63,360 nucleotides of DNA from Tubiluchus corallicola (GCA_030141605.1 JAQGDQ010000343.1:186001-249360), one strand, 5' to 3'. Positions 48,570 to 61,999 are shown, counted from the first letter of the stretch. Translations and numbers: made by a program. The notes: generated by a model not told the origin, from the sequence alone.

Positions 48570-48760
48570 CTCCCGACTTCCTTCGTGCGACTGGCACCCA
48601 GCATCGGCACAAAAGTGGAACCACCATCACCACCCTCTCCGGATGCTGGGTTTTGCCCTTCCCGTGACTTTCTCTTTGGCGGGTTGCTAATGGCAACAGA
48701 TATCTTGTGATCTCCAACAGAAAGCCCATCAGCTGTGAGTACGGCTTGTGTTGCTGATTT
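48570..48760 (-). CDS. SART3: SART3 exon (end of RRM2)
   Basis: KSATQAVLTADGLSVGDHKISVAISNPPKRK (cf. IKVAISNPPQRK); ttctag| acceptor, |gtaagt donor, phase 0/2. Confidence 0.92.
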
Positions 48761-48889
48761 CTAGAAGTGGGGAAAAATGGTGGATAAACGGTTTAATAAA
48801 AACGCCGTCATATTAATTTGACGCTTTATCCCAAAAAAATTCACTCCTCTGTAACCGAAATGTCAAGCACATCCTGGGAAAATATTATA

Positions 48890-49416
48890 CAGTGTTCCCT
48901 CACTTATCGCGGGTGTTCCGTTCCAGGCCCACCCGCCATAAGTGAATTTCCACGAAGTAGGGACGCCATACTTATTTTAGTAGTTATACATTATTTTAAG
49001 TCTTTATAAACCCTCCCCACACTCTTGATATAACGAACCGTAGATTCGTTGATCCCGTAATGGCGGCCAACTGCAGCATACGATCTCCCGATTTTTGGTG
49101 TGTATTCATCCGCCGAATAAATACACTATTTACTGTAAATGCTAATTTTTTCTGATTTATAATATTCTTTTAATGTTAGAATTAATATTTTTAATATATT
49201 TTTATACAATTTGAGAATTTTTATGCAAAATTCGTCAAATCTATACATTACTGTACAATACGTTATACGCATGTGCAAAAATACTTTAGACGGAGTACGG
49301 CAAAAACCCGCGAAACAGCGAAGATACCGCAATAAATATTTCACATTAATTTTTTTGAAAACCCGCTAAACAGCGAGTCCGCGATAAATAAACCACGAAG
49401 TAGCGAGGGAACACTG
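48890..49416. mobile_element. pogo/Tigger-like MITE
   Basis: TA|CAGTGTTCCCTC … GAGGGAACACTG|TA. Confidence 0.85.
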
Positions 49417-49944
49417 TATTTCATAATCAGTACTTTACTTCTATCATATATTACTCATATTACTTACTCATATCAATACTTTACCATGCCCTAGACTGAT
49501 AGTTCTGTCCATCTCTATTGTGAATTTATCGTTGTTAATGTAATGAGCAGATAAAACAATTACTTGTGGTGTGTTAGAAACACTATTAACCTAGTTTCTA
49601 ATTAGTTACACATATTTGTGTAGCGCTTATATTCAAGCAGGCTGTGCAACTGCTTGTGTGATACCTTGCACTGTTCGTTATGTGCACTTATATAAAAACA
49701 GTTTATATAATTATTTTAAATTAATATGTTAAAAATTTATAACACTTTTCTAAGCACCAAATAATTGTACAATTAGGTACTGAAGTACTTAAGCAGACTA
49801 GAGTTAATTTAGTTCAGTTCTTTAACGACTGTGACTTTTCTAACGTAGAATTTATCAGACTACTCCCACTACACCGAACAGAAGCACTCCGAGTGCTGGA
49901 CGGCTTGTCTGGAGCTTAAGATTTCACAAAACTAAATGCATTAC

Positions 49945-50118
49945 CTCGTCCTTGTACTCGATGAACGCTAAACCCTTCGGTTTTCCGCTCTTGTACAACA
50001 CCATGCGTGCTTCCCGTAGTTCACCGTAAGCACCGAAGATGGTTTCCAATGCATGTTGGGTAATCGTGTTCGGCAAATTCTTAACGAATAGCTTATTCTT
50101 CTCCATGGCGGTGCTAAA
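49945..50118 (-). CDS. SART3: SART3 exon (RRM2)
   Basis: FSTAMEKNKLFVKNLP…SGKPKGLAFIEYKDE (cf. EKHKLFISGLP…GKPKGLAYVEY). Confidence 0.95.
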
Positions 50119-50351
50119 CTGTACATACAGTAAATATAAATTTACATTAGCATACGATGATACATTTAGCATAAAATTTTGCATACATTCCCGCACACTC
50201 AATGATAGGACTGCTAATGATGAAGGGACCACAACTATTTCACTATCAAAGATAATCATGTAAATCCCAGTTGTGCACTGTAAGAATATCTGTCTGAATG
50301 AAAGTGTCTGACGCAAATTGTCACAGACAGAATTTTCACGCACATTATAGC

Positions 50352-51585
50352 ACTTGTGACTTACTAGATCTTGTACAGTGTGTGCCTTGTATGAGACGAG
50401 GCCGCACGCTAGTAAACAACCGTGTCGTACAATTGTGACTGACTAGATCTTGTACAGTGTGTGCCTTGTACGAGACGAGGCCGCACGCTAGTAAACAACC
50501 GCGTCGTACAATTGTGACTGACTAAACTTGTACAGTGTGCGCCTTGTACGAGACGAGGCCACACACTAGTAAACACCCGCATCGGACAATTGTGACTGAC
50601 TAAACTTGTACAGTGTGCGCCTTGTACGAGACAAGGCCGCACGCTAGTAAACAACCGTGTCGTACAATTGTGACTGACTAGATCTTGTACAGTGTGCAAA
50701 TTTTACGAGACGAGGCCGCACGCTAGTAAACAACCGCGTCGTACAATTGTGACTGACTAGATCTTGTACAGTGTGCAAATTGTACGAGACGAGGCCGCAC
50801 GCTAGTAAACATCCGTGTCCTGCAATTGTGACTGACTAGATCTTGCACAGTGTGCACCTTGTACGAGACGAGGCCGCACACTAGTAAACATCCGTGTCCT
50901 GCACTTGTGACTGACTAGATCTTGTACAGTGTGCGCCTTGTACGAGACGAGGCCGCACGCTAGTAAACATCCGTGTCCTGCAATTGTGACTGACTAGAAC
51001 TTGTACAGTGTGCACCTTGTATGAGACGAGGCCGAACGCTAGTAAACAACCGTGTCGTACAATTGTGACTGACTAGATCTTGTACAGTGTGTGCCTTGTA
51101 CGAGACGAGGCCGCACACTAGTAAACATCCGTGTCCTGCAATTGTGACTGACTAGATCTTGCACAGTGTGAGCCTTGTACGAGACGAGGCCGCACACTAG
51201 TAAACATCCGTGTTCTGCAATTGTGACTGACTAGATCTTGTACAGTGTGCACCTTGTACAAGACGAGGCCGCACACTAGTAAACATCCGTGTCCTGCACT
51301 TGTGACTGACTAGATCTTGCACAGTGTGCACCTTGTACGAGACGAGGCCGCACGCTAGTAAACAACCGTGTCCTGCACTTGTGACTGACTAGATCTTGTA
51401 CAGTGTGCACCTTGTACGAGACGAGGCCGCACGCTAGTAAACATCCGTGTCCTGCACTTGTGACTGATTAGAACTTGTACAGTGTGCGCCTTGTACGAGA
51501 CGAGGCCGCACACTAGTAAACATTCGTGTTCTGCACTTGTGACTGACTAGATCTTGTACAGTGTGCACCTTGTACGAGACAAGGC
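50352..51585. repeat. 79-bp minisatellite, ~15.5 copies
   Basis: GCCGCAC recurs at 50401, 50480 and onward. Confidence 0.96.
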
Positions 51586-51998
51586 AACAAATCAGCAGCA
51601 ATTTTTCTATTACATTCAGGTCCACATGCTTATTCAATTATGATTCCTTATGCAACAAGGCAGACAGCCGTGTGCAGATGTTGTATGCCTATGAAAACTC
51701 TTGGTTTTCAAAAAAATGTAGCATCGTCATTTTGTCAACGACGACTGCCGTGACATTTGCAACGTATGCACCCTCATCTATTGTTAATAATGGTTTCTTC
51801 TTAAAATGTTAAAAATTCTTTCACTTTTCAATACAGTGCTGATATAACACTTCATAGACACAGTAACCAAATTAATTTAACGAAGGAAATTAACACTAAA
51901 TAGAAAGTGAAAAAGTTTATCACCTGAACTGGGACTCGAACCCAGGCCTTCCGCTATGAAACAAAAGACCACAAAATGCGATCACCGACCACACTTAC

Positions 51999-52187
51999 CT
52001 TAAATTCTGACGGCTTCTTATGCTTATCTTCGCACGCTGAGACGTACAAAGGTCGCTCACCAATGGCCGTTCTGTCCAGTTGCAAGGCCGCTTTTGCCAA
52101 CTCGGACGACTTGAAGTAAACGTAGCCGAAACCTCGGGATTTGCCGCCGGCAGTATAAACGAATCTTACACCAAGCACTTCTCCAAC
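51999..52187 (-). CDS. SART3: SART3 exon (RRM1)
   Basis: VGEVLGVRFV…KSRGFGYVYF…ALQLDR…RPLYVSACEDK; AG/GT boundaries, 189 nt. Confidence 0.94.
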
Positions 52188-52219
52188 CTAACAATTTAAA
52201 GAAGAAAGTCTGAAAAGCT

Positions 52220-52667
52220 ATATGTCGCTTCTCTACGAAACACTTAGCAACCGTACGAAGGTGTGGTTGCTATGGATTTTACACCAGCAAATTGGAGTTA
52301 CATTTAAATCCAGTAGATGGCTCTTCCTGACGAAGATCTGATCTTCTCAAACAGAAAAAACCCGAAGCAAAATGACTGCTTCCAGGAGCTACAATCGGAG
52401 TTTGAAAATACAAGTTTTTTTACAATTGCAGTACTAGTTTCTAGGCAGAAAAGTGGGTAGGGCTTATAAAATTAGATTTTTAGTATTTTTGGATATTTTC
52501 CTGATAATTTGCCGCTAGAATATAAAAGTCCAATATATTTAGCATTGGTTTTTATAAAAAATAAAAAATGGACATTTGACCAAATTTTCGTTGCATTCTA
52601 CTTTAAAGCATCCATAACGTAATTTTAACTATGCCGACTTACGGACAATTTTGGTTTGTAAGCACAC
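52220..52667 (+). mobile_element. MITE family A, right part
   Basis: Ends GTAAGCACAC|ATTT. Confidence 0.78.
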
Positions 52668-53131
52668 ATTTGATTGGCTTTCATTTTCCTAGCATTCCTA
52701 ACGCACCGTACAACGTATTGTTATAAAGCAAAAAGACAGATGCTTGATTAATATTTGACAATCGCTTTCTTAATTCTTTTTCTTACCTATTAGAGTGTTC
52801 TGCTACGCAGCATTTGTGGAACGCCTTTGTAATGATATCGGTTGTAATGGTAACATTTGTACCTAAAAACCTTATCATCAAAACAGCACAGACGAAAACT
52901 TCAGATACTTTTACTTACATGTGACAAAGTTTCCTTTTTAGCGACAATTTGACTGTATTTGTAACAAAATTCTCAACTGTTTGTGGTGTCCTACTAAAAT
53001 GCAGACCTATTGCATTACATTCTTAGACACAAAGTGCCTTGCCACATGCAAAACAACAAAATTTGATTTTACTAGTTTACAAATTTACTAGTTTGCACTA
53101 ACATTTATTAAACCTTAAACGATGCTGTCAC

Positions 53132-53301
53132 CTTTTCAAAGATTTCCCGTACTGTATCTTCTTTGACGCTGTAATCTAGGTTGCTGACGAAAACGGCTAC
53201 AGAATCAAATGCGTGACTATGTCTATCACCGGCCATTACATTAGCGGACGTGATGTCATTCTCTTTCAAAGATATCCGCTCTTCCAATGTCTCCTGTGAT
53301 T
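53132..53301 (-). CDS. SART3: SART3 exon (start of RRM1)
   Basis: ctgcag| acceptor, phase 1; …VAVFVSNLDYSVKEDTVREIFEK, |gtgaca donor. Confidence 0.88.
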
Positions 53302-53440
53302 CTGCAGAAAAAATGGCATTGTCGCTGAATACGAAAATCAACAAAAATGTACCAGTGCAGTAATAAAAGCTGTGATAAAGCCAGTCTCGTTCTAATTCAG
53401 GTAGTTGTTGAGTCTGTTGCGATTGTTCTTTTGACAGCAG

Positions 53441-53815
53441 TTGTTGTTGCACATTGCCTGACATTATGTTGTTGCACGTTGCCCGACATTGTGTTGTTGC
53501 ACGTTGCCTAACATTGTGTTGTTGCACATTGCCTGACATTGTGTTGTTGCACGTTGCCCGACATTGTTTTGTTGCACGTTGCCTGACATTGTGTTGTTGC
53601 ACGTTGCCCGACATTGTGTTGTTGCACGTTGCCCGACATTGTGTTGTTGCACATTGCCTGACATTGTGTTGTTGCACGTTGCCCGACATTGTATTGTTGC
53701 ACATTGCCTGACATTGTGTAGTTGCACGTTGCCCGACATTGTATTGTTGCACATTGCCTGACATTGTGTAGTTGCACGTTGCCCGACATTGTGTTGTAAC
53801 ACGCTGCCCGACGTT
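53441..53815. repeat. 25-bp minisatellite, ~15 copies
   Basis: Unit TGTTGCACGTTGCCCGACATTGTGT. Confidence 0.95.
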
Positions 53816-54248
53816 GTTTTTTTTCTATTGTGATGTTACTTGCTACTACTTGGCATGTTGCCAAGTGAAGTTGTCACTTTACTAACTACTCAGTTTGTCT
53901 TCAAGAAACGGTTCAAAGCAGAAACGCTACTACAAATCGGCCTGTGCACAAATAAAACAAAACTATTGACACTTCTCATGTGATTTATTTTAGAAAAACA
54001 AACACAGCTTGACTGCAAATTTGGGACAATAACAAAAAAATTCGCAACAATAAACGGGTGTTCAATAAACAATTAACAATAATTTAGATAATTTTCTGAC
54101 AGCAAGTTAGTAAACGGTAACACAATGCGCAATGAAGAGTGCAGTTATAAATGTCATGCTGTTAAATCTAGATTGAGTTATTTTCATAACCAGTTTTATT
54201 TCTTGTTACAAATCTCTAGCAAATATTCTACACCAGTTTGTCCGTGGT

Positions 54249-54830
54249 AAGGGTTACCATACGTCCGGGTTTCCCCGGACACGTCCTCTTTTTGAGCCTC
54301 TGTCCGGGCGGGTTTTCAAAAAATCGGCAGTTTGTCCGGGTTTTGCCTCAATGCGTAAGTGTGTAAGGACGTTGCCAACTGCAGAGGCGTACGACAGTAT
54401 GAGACAAAGAAAAGCTCGTTAATTTTCAATACAAGATGGTTGCTAACATCTCAAAATGCAACCCTTGTAAAAACTTTGTGTACATATTTACTGAACAAAA
54501 GTAAGCGATGCGCACATCACTATGGGTCACACGACTCACACCGCTGTCGATACTCGGCGTATTCGCTAAAGACTTAAAATGAAGTCAGCTTCCGGGAGCC
54601 ATTTTGTTTGTTTTTATGTGAATTTCTTTAAATTTGTATAGTTTCGCTGTTTTGCAGTTTTGAGCAACTGGTAAAAGTTAATTAGAAAGTAACAATGTCG
54701 AAACGACAGTGTGCATTTACAGATGAAATGAAGGCCAAGTACCCGTGTTTTCGTGCAGGTCAATATTACCGGGAAGCCGAATGCTCAACATGTGGTCCTC
54801 TTTTTCAACTCAGACAATATGGTAACCCTA
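54249..54830 (+). mobile_element. hAT deletion derivative retaining the transposase start
   Basis: TIR (T/A)AGGGTTACCATA; perfect 8-bp TSD TCCGTGGT; ATG 54695 gives MSKRQCAFTDEMKAKYPCF…AECSTCG (BED-finger-like start). Confidence 0.9.
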
Positions 54831-55556
54831 TCCGTGGTGAAAATACAAACAACCAAGAAGAAATAACGTGTTAGTTCAGAAACATTCGTGCATAAAGCAA
54901 CAGGGATAGAATAAACATCTAATCAGCCCTCGCTCCTTTAATAACACTAAGCATTAGAATAACTACAAAACTACAAAAACTTGCTAACTTCTAGGCGTCT
55001 ACAAATAAATCTATTCAAAAAAAAGATAGAATAGAAAACAAAGAACAGCTATCATGACACGCTATTCAAGCAGCACAAATTCAATAATAAAAAAAACAGG
55101 AATATCAGAACTACAATTGTCCATATTTGCCAAATAAATGTAAAAACATCAAAATGGAATTTATTGCCGACCAGTTTCTAAGAAAACTGTTCATTGTCAA
55201 GGCTTCTAAAACAAAGAAATTTACCAGAATTTAGAAACAACATCGAAATACAATTCATTAGTTACATAGACAAAAGAATGAAAATATGCTGGAAGCGTTA
55301 CACATTAAACTTACTGGGCCTCAGTTAAACAGCAAAGATGAGTACATGCACTCTTTACTGCTGAAGTGCACTTGAGCTTGTACAACACCAACGGTGCACC
55401 GTGTTTTGTGGAATTCAGCAACAAAATGGCAGCTCCCTAATACTGACAGGTCTGTTAATACTAACACATTTGTTTGTTTGTTTGTGAAATGTAGCATAGT
55501 TTCATTATCAATCAAGATATGTAATCTGTAAGATAAATTGTTAAATTATCTAATGT

Positions 55557-56438
55557 ATAATGTTAGACCATATATCTTTTGGCTATCTAACTACTGAATT
55601 GCATTTCGATATTGTATATATCTATGTAATGTTATATCATATATCTTTTGGCTATCTAACTACTGAATTGCATTTCGATATTGTATATATCTATGTAATG
55701 TTATATCATATATCTTTTGGCTATCTAACTACTGAATTGCATTTCGATATTGTATATATCTATGTAATGTTATATCATATATCTTTTGGCTATCTAACTA
55801 CTGAATTGGATTTCGATATTGTATATATCTATGTAATGTTATATCATATATCTTTTGGCTATCTAACTACTGAATTGCATTTCGATATTGTATATATCTA
55901 TGTAATGTTATATCATATATATTTTGGCTATCTAACTACTGAATTGCATTTCGATATTGTATATATCTATGTAATGTTATATCATATATCTTTTGGCTAT
56001 CTAACTACTGAATTGCATTTCGATATTGTATATATCTATGTAATGTTATATCATACATCTTTTGGCTATCTAACTACTGAATTGCATTTCGATATTGTAT
56101 ATATCTATGTAATGTTATATCATATATCTTTTGGCTATCTAACTACTGAATTGGATTTCGATATTGTATATATCTATGTAATGTTATATCATATATCTTT
56201 TGGCTATCTAACTACTGAATTGCATTTCGATATTGTATATATTTATGTAATGTTATATTATATATCTTTTGGCTATCTAACTACTGAAATGTATTTCGAT
56301 ATTGTATATATCTATGTAATGTTATATCATATATCTTTTGGCTATCTAACTACTGAATTGCATTTCGATATTGTATATATCTATGTAATGTTATATCATA
56401 TATCTTTTGGCTATCTAACTACTGAATTGTATTTCGAT
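55557..56438. repeat. 69-bp AT-rich minisatellite, ~13 copies
   Basis: 23-aa periodicity of ORF 55560..56459. Confidence 0.96.
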
Positions 56439-56749
56439 GCTGTTTCTAAATTCTGGTAAATTTCTTTGTTTTAGATGCCTTTACAATGAACAGTTTTGTT
56501 CGAAACCGGTTGGCAATAAATTCAATTTTGGTGTATCACAATTTGCATGGATATTTAACATCAAATATCTAGCTGCTGTACGCAAGAAACTGTTTGATTC
56601 AAACACTGACCCAATGAGAATTTTGAATTAAACACAAGATATTAAATATTAAAATTCTTTATTTTACACAATTTCATGTGAGCCGATTTAGCAGGGTCCG
56701 CGAAAAAGTTGAAAACAGCAAAGTGCGATTAAAGGATGGAGGACATTTA

Positions 56750-57627
56750 TCAAAAAGCTTCAACATCTATACCGTTGTCAAGGTATTCCTGCACATCCCG
56801 CCTGTACATTGCCACTATATTCTTGTGGGTATCATGGACTTCTTTGAAATCAGAGTGACTGATTTTAGAATTGCTGCCGTTTTCGGTTTCGTTAAACAAC
56901 CATGTTAGATCGGCTTCGGTGCAAACTTTGCTCACAGCATCGCCGCGAGACTTGGCATCCAAGAGATTCTTAGGCCGTAATTTGCTCACATGTTTGAAAC
57001 TTGATATCAATTGGTCTTCACCCACTTGTAATATTACAGGCTCGACGTTTGCCAGATCGGGATGCTGATCTTCAAAAGCACGTACGGCACTTGCAAGATT
57101 TCGGCCGTGAAGCAACGATCCTTTGTTGGTGAGGTGCACGCCATCGTACGAGCAGTGAACATAATATTCTTCAGTCTGCCACAAATTTTGCTGGTCTACG
57201 AAGTAGCAGCCAGTCTCGTCACACAGCTTGCTTAGCAAAGTGTTAAACTGCATGGCTTCCGGATTGTAACCCTCCTCCTCGCGAGGGGGAAGCTCGGCCA
57301 GAAAGACCTGGGATAGAGGATACTTGGAGTGCAGAAGACGCACCAATTTGGTCATATTGCCAATGGCGACGTCTGCCGACACCGCCTTGCCCTTCTTATT
57401 GCTAATATCATTGCTCCCGATCATGACCATGACGTTTTTAGGAAGGAATCGTGACTTGTATATAACTGTTATGGCTTCTTTGATTCCCTTGCCTCTCAGT
57501 GCAATGACCTGAGTGTCGGCATTACAAAAAAGCCCGCTCTTTTTTAAAGCTACAGCATGTGAGCTTCCAAGAATTAAGTTCTTACAACAAACTGTATCAG
57601 AACATTCATGAGCTTTGAAGCTCTCAT
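56750..57627 (-). CDS. SGNH/GDSL hydrolase-fold open exon nested in a SART3 intron
   Basis: Frame open from ~57646 to stop 56750; blocks LILGSSH, LRGKG, IGSND, DGVH; atttcag| acceptor at 57628; AATAAA at 56658-56663. Confidence 0.65.
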
Positions 57628-57711
57628 CTGAAATGCATGCAAGTAATTACAGTAATCACGGGCAGCCTTAATAAAAAAACAAACAAGGGTTCCCAATGAT
57701 AATAAACCTAA

Positions 57712-59020
57712 AACAGCGGTTAACACAAACATACATCAGATTGTAGGTAAACCTAAAGTCACGGTTAACACAAACATACATCAGATTGTAGGTAAACCTA
57801 AAGTCACGGTTAACACAAACATACATCAGATTGTAGGTAAACCTAAAGCCATGGTTAACACAAACATACATCAGATTGTAGGTAAACCTAAAGTCACGGT
57901 TAACACAAACATACATCAGATTGTAGGTAAACCTAAAGTCACGGTTAACACAAACATACATCATATTGTAGGTAAACCTAAAGTCACGGTTAACACAAAC
58001 ATACATCAGATTGTAGGTAAACCTAAAGCCATTGTTAACACAAACATACATCAGATTGTAGGTAAACCTAAAGTCACGGTTAACACAAAAATACATCAGA
58101 TTGTAGGTAAACCTAAAGTCACAGTTAACACAAACATACATCAGATTGTAGGTAAACCTAAAGCCATTGTTAACACAAACATACATCAGATTGTAGGTAA
58201 ACCTAAAGTCACGGTTAACACAAACATACATCAGATTGTAGGTAAACCTAGAGCCATGGTTAACACAAACATACATCAGATTGTAGGTAAACCTAAAGTC
58301 ACGGTTAACACAAACATACATCAGATTGTAGGTAAACCTAAAGTCACGGTTAACACAAACATACATCAGATTGTAGGTAAACCTAAAGTCACGGTTAACA
58401 CAAACATACATCAGATTGTAGGTAAACCTAGAGCCATTGTTAACACAAACATACATCAGATTGTAGGTAAACCTAGAGCTATGGTTAACACAAACATACA
58501 TCAGATTGTAGGTAAACCTAAAGTCACGGTTAACACAAACATACATCAGATTGTAGGTAAACCTAAAGATACGGTTAACACAAACATACAGCAGATTATA
58601 GGTAGATCTAAAGCCATGGTTAACACAAACATACATGTGATTGTAGGTAAACCTAAAATCACGGTTAACACAAACGTACAGCAGATTGTAGGTAAACCTA
58701 AAGCCACGGTTAACACAAACGTACAGCAGATTGTAGGAAACCTAAAGCCACGGTCAACACAAACATACAGCAGATTGTAGATAAACCTAAAGCCATGGTT
58801 TACACAAACATACAGCAGATTGTAGGTGAACCTAAAATCATGGATAACACAAACATACAGCAGATTGTAGGAAAACCTAAAGCCACGGTCAACACAAACA
58901 TACAGCAGATTGTAGATAAACCTAAAGCCATGGTTTACACAAACATACAGCAGATTGTAGGTGAACCTAAAATCATGGATAGCACAAACATACAGCAGAC
59001 TGTAGGTAAATCTAAAGCCA
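57712..59020. repeat. 39-bp minisatellite, ~33 copies
   Basis: Unit GTTAACACAAACATACATCAGATTGTAGGTAAACCTAAAGTCACG-like, 13-aa periodic ORFs. Confidence 0.96.
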
Positions 59021-60148
59021 CTGAGTTTTTTTGACGCGTTAGTACCTGCCAGATAACGAAAACAAGCAACACTGGACCGAACTAGCAAATAGATGGGTGT
59101 CTGCCAAAGAAAACAAGTTTTAGACAGTTTTGTCAACTTTACAGCATCTGACTGCTTATCTTTTTAAGAAAGTAGATCTAAGTGTGTCTCACACACTTCT
59201 TTTGATCCAGTATCTCATCTCAGACAGCTGCTGAATTTAAATGAGCATTTTAGGTCCTGGTCCAGCCACAATCAGAAAACAAAATACCGCTGATCCTACG
59301 TGCAGGCAACGAAGATTTAAGATGTTTACCAGCGGTACAGCCTTGTCTTAAGTTATTGAGAAAAAATTCTTCACGTATCTTTCTTATTCGTGAAACTTCA
59401 GAACATCACAAACTGAATAACTAGGCTAGCAATGGCTTCCTTGGATACCTTTCTAGAAAACATTTATATGCACTGTAGAAAGGTTTGCGAAACATTCATA
59501 TGCACACATATATCCACTCATGCATGCACACACGCACACATGCACACCCACACAAATAACCACATACTTATATTTAGAAGGCAATTTTCAAAAAGTCATA
59601 TTATTAACCCATAATATGCAATTAATTTATAAGAATGCAGAACAAGTTACTAAACACGTTTCACCAACTATCAACAATCAATTTTGCATGAGAACGCACT
59701 ATACAGTACAGGATACGGAATGCACCTGGCTTCAGATGCTGATTGGCTGGTTAGCGTTACTTGTTGCAAAGCAACAAAAATCCTTGAACTTTTCTACAAT
59801 GTTTGTGCATGGCCATAGCAGTAAAATAAACAGACCTGGGTGACTGCGCTTAGTGCTGAGCTTGAGCAACAGTCTACCGCCTTCCGTCTCTTGCATGAAA
59901 AACATAGGCGGCAGTGTGCCACCTTCCGTAGTGAAAGGGTTAAAACGCGTAAAATTAAGTCCCAGACTTTCTTTAAAAATGACACCTTCACACCAGATTT
60001 CCTCTCACGTAAACCACCAAGAAAAAGTTAAAAGTGTCAGAAAATCTTGGAGCATTTTCTTTCTTTCTGTGCAAAACTGAAACTTTATAAAGTACGCTGT
60101 ACTTGGCCTTTAATAAATTTAGCATTTTATTTCACATTTCATACCAAC

Positions 60149-60230
60149 CTTTGAGCTTCTTTGGAGGAGGTAAGGACGGTACTTTGAAAGTGTCATCTGG
60201 TCCATTTACTTCTTGCTCATCTTCCATGAA
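60149..60230 (-). CDS. SART3: SART3 linker exon
   Basis: gttag| acceptor; FMEDEQEVNGPDDTFKVPSLPPPKKLK; G|GTTGGT phase-1 donor fits the exon starting at 53301. Confidence 0.75.
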
Positions 60231-60356
60231 CTAACAACAAAAATAGAACATACAGTCACTTGAGATGAACACTGAATAAACGTCCGTGTAAATAAATTAC
60301 ACTGAAATGAAACTATTGCCTATTCTTGGCTTCGTTTATACAACTGTTGACATTAA

Positions 60357-60965
60357 AGGGCAAGAAAACGGGAACCTGAAGTAGGTTTCAGAAAAATTGT
60401 CTTGAAAAATTATATTACTTGATAGCAGTTTTAAACGTATATCGTACTCGCGTTAAAGAGATTTTTTGTTTGTTTTTATCTTAAATCTCCCGCAATACTG
60501 TTCTGACGGCGCCATTACGTGACGTCACTTACGCAAACGTAAATCAGGAGAAGAAAAGGTAATGTTATTTATGTCCCAAAAAAACTTTCCATCCAAAGTT
60601 ATATTACCTAGCATTTTGTTTACCTGCTTGAAAGATTTTGTAATTAGAAAAAAATTGAAACTGTTCCTCCCAATTGGTAAAATGTCGCTGACTCACCCTC
60701 CAGGGTGCACCACTCACTAACCAAAAAGCTATTTTTAATCTTATTGACAAGATACAGTAATTTCAAATTTTACTTAGTAATGTGTGCACTACGAATGCTC
60801 TGATTATTTTTTCAAACTTTGTGCAATGTTATCTAAACTTGTTTCAAACGACCTACCATTAAAATGGCTGCATATAACAGTCATCGTGGGAGTTTAAGTT
60901 TACAAGTTTTATACAGCGTTATGGCCTATGCAAGCCCTGCATGCAAAAAGGCAATATGTAAATGG
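60357..60965. mobile_element. MITE family B, one end truncated
   Basis: TTAA|AGGGCAAGAAAACGGGAACCTGAAG; inverse of 3677-4328. Confidence 0.7.
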
Positions 60966-61267
60966 CTCAAAATACGAACAACTCGACATTATGGTTGTAC
61001 AATACTACAAAAATCAATATTTACGTTTGTTTATAAATATAATAATTTTAAGTCTCTTTAAAGCTGTTTTATAACAACGTACGCAGAGCAAAAATCCAAA
61101 CACGTCACGAATTTTGAACTACTCAAGCTCCTAAAATGCTTTACAAAGATTTGAAAACAACTGTAGACCATTCACTACAAAGCACAATGTCTACTGAATG
61201 TAAAAGAACCATTATGTTACTGCGAAAAACTACGCTATGCTACTAATTTTTCAAAAAAGTAAAATAT

Positions 61268-61835
61268 ATGTGCTTGCAAACCAAAACCGTGCATAAGTTC
61301 CAATGCTTCAAAGTAGAATTCACCAAAATTTTGATCTGATGTTAATTTTTTGTTTTTTATAAAAACAAATGCTAAATATATTGGACTTTTATATTCTAGC
61401 ATCAAATTATGAAGAAAATGTTCAAAAAATACTAAAAATTTAATTTTATAACCCCGTGCCCATTTCTCTGCCTAGAAACTAGCACTGCAATGGCAAAAAA
61501 CTAAGATAGTAGCTCGTGGAAGCAGCCATTTTACTTCGGGTTTTTTCAACAAGACCTGATCTTCGTTGGGAAGAGCCATCTACTGGATATAAAAGTAACT
61601 TCAATTTGCTGTTGTAAAATCCATGGCAACCACACTTTCATACGGTTGCTAAGTGTTTTGTACAGATGCGACATAGCCTGTGCCTCAACTTCAATGTGGA
61701 TTATCTCAGCTTAGAAATAACATGGAGTGATGAACTTGGTATCAAAATGATCCTCATGAAATGGAAATTCAGGATATGTGAATAATTAGAAAAACTCAAT
61801 TGCTGACTTATGGACGATTTGCTATGCAAGCAAAC
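61268..61835 (-). mobile_element. MITE family A, internally deleted
   Basis: Both TIRs present, flanked by ATAT/ATAT. Confidence 0.8.
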
Positions 61836-61999
61836 ATATGTTGGATGTTTAAACATGGAAACTGACTCATTGCCACTAAAACACTTCAAGCAACATATTC
61901 AATCTTGGCTCAAGTTTGAAAAAATTCATTTCATAAACACCTAGTTGTGTTATCCAACACTAACTACAATGACTAAATAAGACAAATCTGAAAACTCAC

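Noticed and set aside
51920-51956. tRNA gene
   Set aside because: Only a B-box-like GGTTCGAGTCCC on minus, no cloverleaf; at most a SINE scrap
53302-53864. Q/N/C-rich N-terminal extension of ORF 53108..53764
   Set aside because: It is the 25-bp repeat plus intron; the SART3 exon starts at the 53301 acceptor
55560-59136. Long ORFs 55560..56459, 57668..58636, 57851..58780 and 58546..59136
   Set aside because: Artefacts of stop-free 69-bp and 39-bp minisatellites
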